DNA from: the human T2T-CHM13v2.0 reference genome, Homo sapiens
Direction: 5' to 3' (one strand)
Assembly (NCBI RefSeq): GCF_009914755.1
Contig: NC_060947.1
DNA length: 64,000 bases
Position numbers and translations under genes: made by a program. The notes under the pieces were generated by a model. The model was given only the letters and a program-made list of their open reading frames with translations, made no database searches and was not told where the DNA came from. Below are positions 58,840-64,000 of the stretch, piece by piece (position 1 is the first letter of the stretch; each line of letters starts with the position of its first letter).

Positions 58840-61800
58840 GGGGACGGGTCCCCACCACCACCAAGTTGCCGGCAGAGGTAACAGCTGTGGAAGGGGGAGG
58901 GGAGCGACAGGCAGCCACGACTGAACGGTTGCGATCTAGAAAATTCAACAAGAGGCCGCAGCGGTGGCGGCGGCGGCGGCTCCAATTAGCTGAGCCAACT
59001 GGGGAGGCAGAGAGCGAGACGGCGGCCCCGCCGATCGTGTCCCGGGCGAGCAGGCAGGCGGGGGCGCGGGGCCTCGAGCTGCCCCGGCGGCCCTCGCTCG
59101 GCCCCTCCCGTGGGTTCTCGGAGCGCGCCTGGTGTTTACACACTGTCCTTTCGACGTGAGATCAAGTTTCAGGCCGCGCTGGAGGCGCCAGGGGCCGGCC
59201 ACAGGCCCAGGAGAGGGGAAGAGGTGGAGCGGGATCTAAGGCAGCGCTGCGCCGACGAGAAGGCCTGGCGCTCGTGGGCACAGCTAGTGCAGCGGTCCCC
59301 ACGGGGTGGGGTGGAGAGAAGTTCACTGGGCACGGTGGGTAGGGGTTGGTGGGGTTGCAGGGGGGTATCCGGAGAGAGAAACACCTCCAAGTCACTAGAG
59401 TATTTGTCTTTCGCTCACTCGGGCCGGGGAATTTAGTCCTGCAAGGGGACAGGCGGCGGCGGGGATATGCTCAGAACCCAGGCGCTTCGACAGCCCTGAG
59501 CGCCCCTTGTGCGCTCTTCACCCCTCCCCACCCCGTCCCTTTGATATACTACCGGATCTAGGCCATTGTTACGGGGAGGGGTATGTGGGCCGAAGGAACT
59601 CGGGGTTGGAGACCTGGAGCTTCCCAGCGCGCCCTGGCCCTGGCGCTGCGGAGGCCTCGGGTGGAGTGCTGGAGGGCTCGCCGCTGCGCATCTCCTCTGA
59701 GCTGGCAGCCAGCGGGTGCCCCACGCTGTCAAGCGGCGGCGGGTGAGCTTCCAGCAGCACAGGCACACTGTAAACAGCCGCGTGCACGCCCTCCCCGCCC
59801 GGGCTGGGAACCTCACCCAAACACCACGCCGCTTTCTCTCCGGCTACCGGGCGAGGCTTTTGTGGCCAAGCCTAGGGGAAGGGGGTCCCCACCCCACCCC
59901 CAGGCCACCCGGGCCCCGGAGCCAGCGTTCTGAATCTGCAGGAGTGCGGGGTGCTGCGGGGAGGGGAGGGAGTCAGCGCCTGCCCCCTCCTCACTGAATG
60001 TCTGCTTTGTTCCGGAAAACAAGGGAAGCATTAGGCGGCTGCCCCCGGGGAAACACAAAACTTCTTTTTGAATCTCGGGAAAGGCGGTTGACTGCATTAA
60101 GGAGCTCCCGAGACAGAATGAGGAAGGGAAAAGCCGAGAGGGCGGGAGGAGACAGGGAGACTTCCGCGGGAGGCCGATGGTCAAAGTGGGGGGTGAAACC
60201 GCTCAGGGTGACCGGGCTGGAGACCCAGGAACCCGATTCGGCGCGAAGGTGCCGCGCGAGTTCCAGCGAGCAGCCTGCCCGGCCAAGTGGCGCCTGCCCA
60301 GCCGTCGGCCGTGCCAGCTTCCTGCCCTGCCCAGGACCGCGGAGCAGTCGGGGACGCCGCCGCAGGCTGGCCCGGAATCGCAGGACAGCGGCGGGGGGAG
60401 GGGGTAGCCAGGCCGCAAGTAAACTCGCACTAGAGCTTTCTGCACACCTCCGCCCTAGAGAGGGGGCCCGGACCCCCGGTCTGTGAGGCGTCGGCTTTGG
60501 CCTTCCAACCTTGGGGTGCGCGAGGAAGCAAAGACCCAGGGGGCACCCCCACCCTCGCCCAAGGCCCGAGGGTGGGGGACAGCTGAAATGTCTTTGGTCT
60601 TGTTTGATGACCGCTTGGCGGATCTGCTCCCATCCGGGTTCTGCCGTTCCGAGAGTGCCGGGTCAGTGATACCCAGGCCGGTCTGAGCAGGCATGTGGAT
60701 GAGCAAAAGCAAATCTGTCGCTCCTCCGACCGCCACCCCTCACTTAACCTTTCCTGCATCCAAGGAAGGGGAGGGCACCCAGACTCTGCCCCACCCCCCG
60801 CGGGGCGCTCCCTCTGCCTCGGAAGCTGAGACTAAGAGCGAGGGTTTTCCCCCTTTCCCCTGGGCTCGCTGGGTTTCTAACTTCCTCTAAACCTCCCTCC
60901 TCGCTCCGAAAAGCCCCGAGGAGAGGAGCTGAGAGGAAGCACGCCGCTAGTGTGCAAAATGAAGACCATGTGTGAGGACGGCGGCATCAGAGTGCAGCCG
61001 CGGGGGTTAGGGGGTGGCAAAGGCCCCCGCGCGGCCGGAGGCTCGGGGCCGCAGCAGCCAGTGCCTCTGCTCTGCGTTGGGGACTCGGAGCCGCAGCGAG
61101 AGGCAGTGGAGAGGCAGGGCTGGCCTCGTGGCGGGAGGCGAGGAGGGGGTGCGAGGGCTGCCGCGCCGTGGGGGGCAGGGGGCGGGGACGCAGCCCCGGC
61201 TTCCTGGGCCGCAGCTGCGACCGAGGGCGCAAGAGCAGATCGTGCTCTGCGGCGGTGGCGGCTCGGGCCCGCCGCTCTAGCAGCTGAGAATCAACAAAGG
61301 GAGGCGGCGGGGGAGGGGCGCCACCGAGCGTTCGCTGGCTGCTCTGGAATAATAAAAAATAATTAATAATGATAATAAGAGAAAAATCCCCCGGCTTTCA
61401 TGGCTCTGGGTTTCCGTGTGGCTGCAGCGGGAAGCGCGCTGTCCTTGAGGCGGCCTCTCTCGCCTGGCCTGCCCGCCCCTCCCCCTCCTCGCCCCCTCCC
61501 CTCCCCAGGAACCGGGAAGAGAAAGGTCTGCAGCTGACAAATATTATCCATTCTCCCCATCGATCGCGGAGTGTACAGATGTGAGCGCTTGATGTGCCCG
61601 CGGAGCGGCGGATCCTCCCTGCTCGCTCGCTCTCGCCCAGGCTCCGCTCGCCGTCCCCCTCCTCCCCCTTTGTTCTCCTCCCCTTTCCCTCTCTTTAAAT
61701 AGATTTCAGGGCGCTGCCTGTTGGAGAGCAGCTGGCGATCTCTCCCGAGAGAGGGAGCGAGCGAAGCCCGAGGTGCCCTGTCACCAGCCTCCCCTCCCCC

Positions 61801-64000
61801 ACCTCGGCTTTTCTCTACGTCCCCCCCACCCCACCTTTCTCCAGTTTCCAAAATAGAAAACACCGGGAACACCCACGTCCACTGCACCGCGAGCCCCTGG
61901 GAGCCTTTGGACCCCTCGTGCTGTTCCTTGTGTCTGTGTCTGTGCAGAGGAAGGGCAGTGCAGGGAGGGGACCCAGGGCCGCGGCAGAAGAGCCAAGGGT
62001 CCGGATCTTTCCCTGGCAGCAGCAGGGACGCAGCGTGGGTCACGCTAACAGGGTACAGTTTACCCATTAGGGAAAGTCGGCGGAGACGGCCCTGTTATTC
62101 CTCTTTTGCAGATGGCAGATTAATCCGGCAGCACCCGGCCTCAAAGGGACCGGCTGCTCGGCAAAGGGTTAACCCGTCGGCCGGTAATCGTGGACACGCG
62201 CGCACACACACACACGCACGCGCGCGCGCGTCCTCTCCGCCTGCCCGAGCGCCCGCCGCGGCCCGCAGTGCGCCCGGGGCTGGGGGAGTAGCTGCGGGAG
62301 GGGAGGGGGTCGGGGGAGGGGCGGGGCGGGCTTAACCAGGCCGCTCGACTGAGCCGGGGCCACCTCGCCGTCTGTCACTTAAATGATTGTCCTCCGCTCC
62401 GCTCAGTGCGGTCAGTACGGGCTGTTAACAGGCAGTTGCAATCAGTTTCCGAAAGGTCAGCCAAGGTCCTCCGGCTCTCGCAGACGGAAGGCATTACGAA
62501 ACCGCTTTTGTATCTGCAGGCACTTTAGAAAAAGAGGCGAGAAGGGGCGCACCGCAGTGCCGCGGCTGCTGCGACCGGGGGAGAGGGTCGGGGGCTGCGG
62601 AGCAGAGGAGTCCGCACCCCCGCGGCCAGGGTCAGGCGGCGTGGATATCACCCGCGGAGTGACCCAGGGCCTCCGGGTTTCGGTGGGGAAGCAGGAAGGG
62701 GGTGGGGAGCAGGCGGCAAGGGAAGGAGGAGTGGGAGGAAGTGGGAGAGGCGTCCTGGCTCCTCTCCTCACCCAGCCAACAGCCCACACCCGGACCCAGA
62801 CGGGAGCGGGCGGCCTTGGACGCGAGGAGACCCCACTCGGACTCTCAGGCCCTCCTGGCGCCTGGAAGTAGGGAGGGGGTGTGGGGGGGGGAAAGACCCT
62901 CGCCGAGCGAGCGAGTCCCAGCGCGGTGTCTGAAGACGCTGCTGCCGCCGCCGCTAGAAGTCGTCCATCAGCAACCAGTCCAACCTGCCAGTGATAATGT
63001 GCGATCAACACCAAATCACCCCCGCCAGGCGCGATCCATCATCGCAGCGCGCCGCGGGCCCGCGTGAGGCTGACTCGCGGCTGGGGTGGGGAGGGGGGGC
63101 GCGCGGAGCAGGAGGCGGTCGCCCAGCACACCCGGACTCTCCGCGCACCTCGCTGCCCCTCCTGGAGGCCTGCACCCAGGCGCTCATAACTCTCCAAGTT
63201 CCCCAGCTACAGAGCGAAAACCCAGTGGCTCCGAGTTCTGGGCACAGCTCACTTAGGAATCCGCGCGTCCTCCGCGCCCTGCTGTCGTGGTCACACCCTG
63301 CAAAGCCATTCCAGCCTCGGAGCTGCCCTGCCCATCCCCTCCCCCTCCTCCGAGAAACCGTGGCTGGCAGGAAATTAATATTTAATATCGTGAAATTGAT
63401 TAAAGGGCTGGAAGCCGGCGATGGGTTGGGGGGAAGGGTAGGGACTCCTAGCGTAATTAAAGATCTGAGAGTCGTGGTCGTTCCTTGTCGGCCCTGGCCG
63501 CACGTGGCCTTTGTGAAGCCGAGGCGGGGTCGGACTGGGCTGAGCCTGGCGAGCCGGGGTCAGGAGCCCGTGCAGCTTAGGCTCTGGCCCGCGCGGCCGG
63601 GTTTTTTCGGGGCGGGGGTAGGGCTGGGGCGGCACAGCAGCGGCAGGGGATGAGGAGGTGACCTTAGGGCACCCGGGGCTGCGCGCAGAGCCACTCTTCC
63701 CCTGCCCGCCTGCACCGTGGGCCACTGGAGCCCGAGGGTCGGGTGCTACAACTGCTGTCTTGCTTGTACAGCACAGAAGCGCCTTTACTGACCAGGTGGC
63801 CTCGAGGGCGCACCGCCTACCCCCCAGGCCCCCTTTCAGCAGCCTCACTCTGGGCCCCGCTTCGAGGCGCCTCCCCAACCCCTGACAGGAGTCTTCTGAG
63901 CCCCCCACGCAGCCCTTCGGGAGGGGAGTCAGGTTCACCTTTCCCCCTGCAACTTGGAAATCCTAGGGCTTAGGCGCCCCGGGGCCCCCCGCCGGTTCTC
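58840..64000. promoter_or_regulatory. CpG island 4 (continues past the window end)
   Basis: Dense CpG, G-runs and Z-DNA-type tract, no Alus. Confidence 0.9.
62194..62231. repeat. (CA)/(CG) alternating tract, 38 nt
   Basis: Uninterrupted purine-pyrimidine alternation of AC and GC units from 62194 to 62231. Confidence 0.9.

Overview
Human/primate genomic DNA with no protein-coding exon. It has four large CpG-rich domains (about 1.4-6.7, 11.7-17.2, 52.3-55.6 and 58.8-64 kb) that are almost Alu-free, flanking a 33-kb block (17.9-51.2 kb) with about 38 Alu elements or fragments plus MIR, L2, L1M, MLT1 and MER5. A G-rich non-coding exon on the minus strand (about 5421 to 5170, ending CAAG|GTGAGG) and the CpG-island layout match my recollection of the 5' region of BCOR (Xp11.4). 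That would be the main non-coding first exon and its promoter, inside the long first intron of the more distal BCOR promoter; the identification is from memory and not verified by alignment. All long ORFs in the track are GC-rich or Alu artefacts. I see no new protein-coding system. The best leads are regulatory: several candidate alternative first exons and micro-exons, a strong 5'UTR RNA G-quadruplex, dense TF composite elements (RUNX-MEIS-OCT-MEF2, a GATA cluster, an NR5A/ESRR DR0 element), a CpG-intact old Alu suggesting germline hypomethylation, and three same-site tandem Alu insertions.
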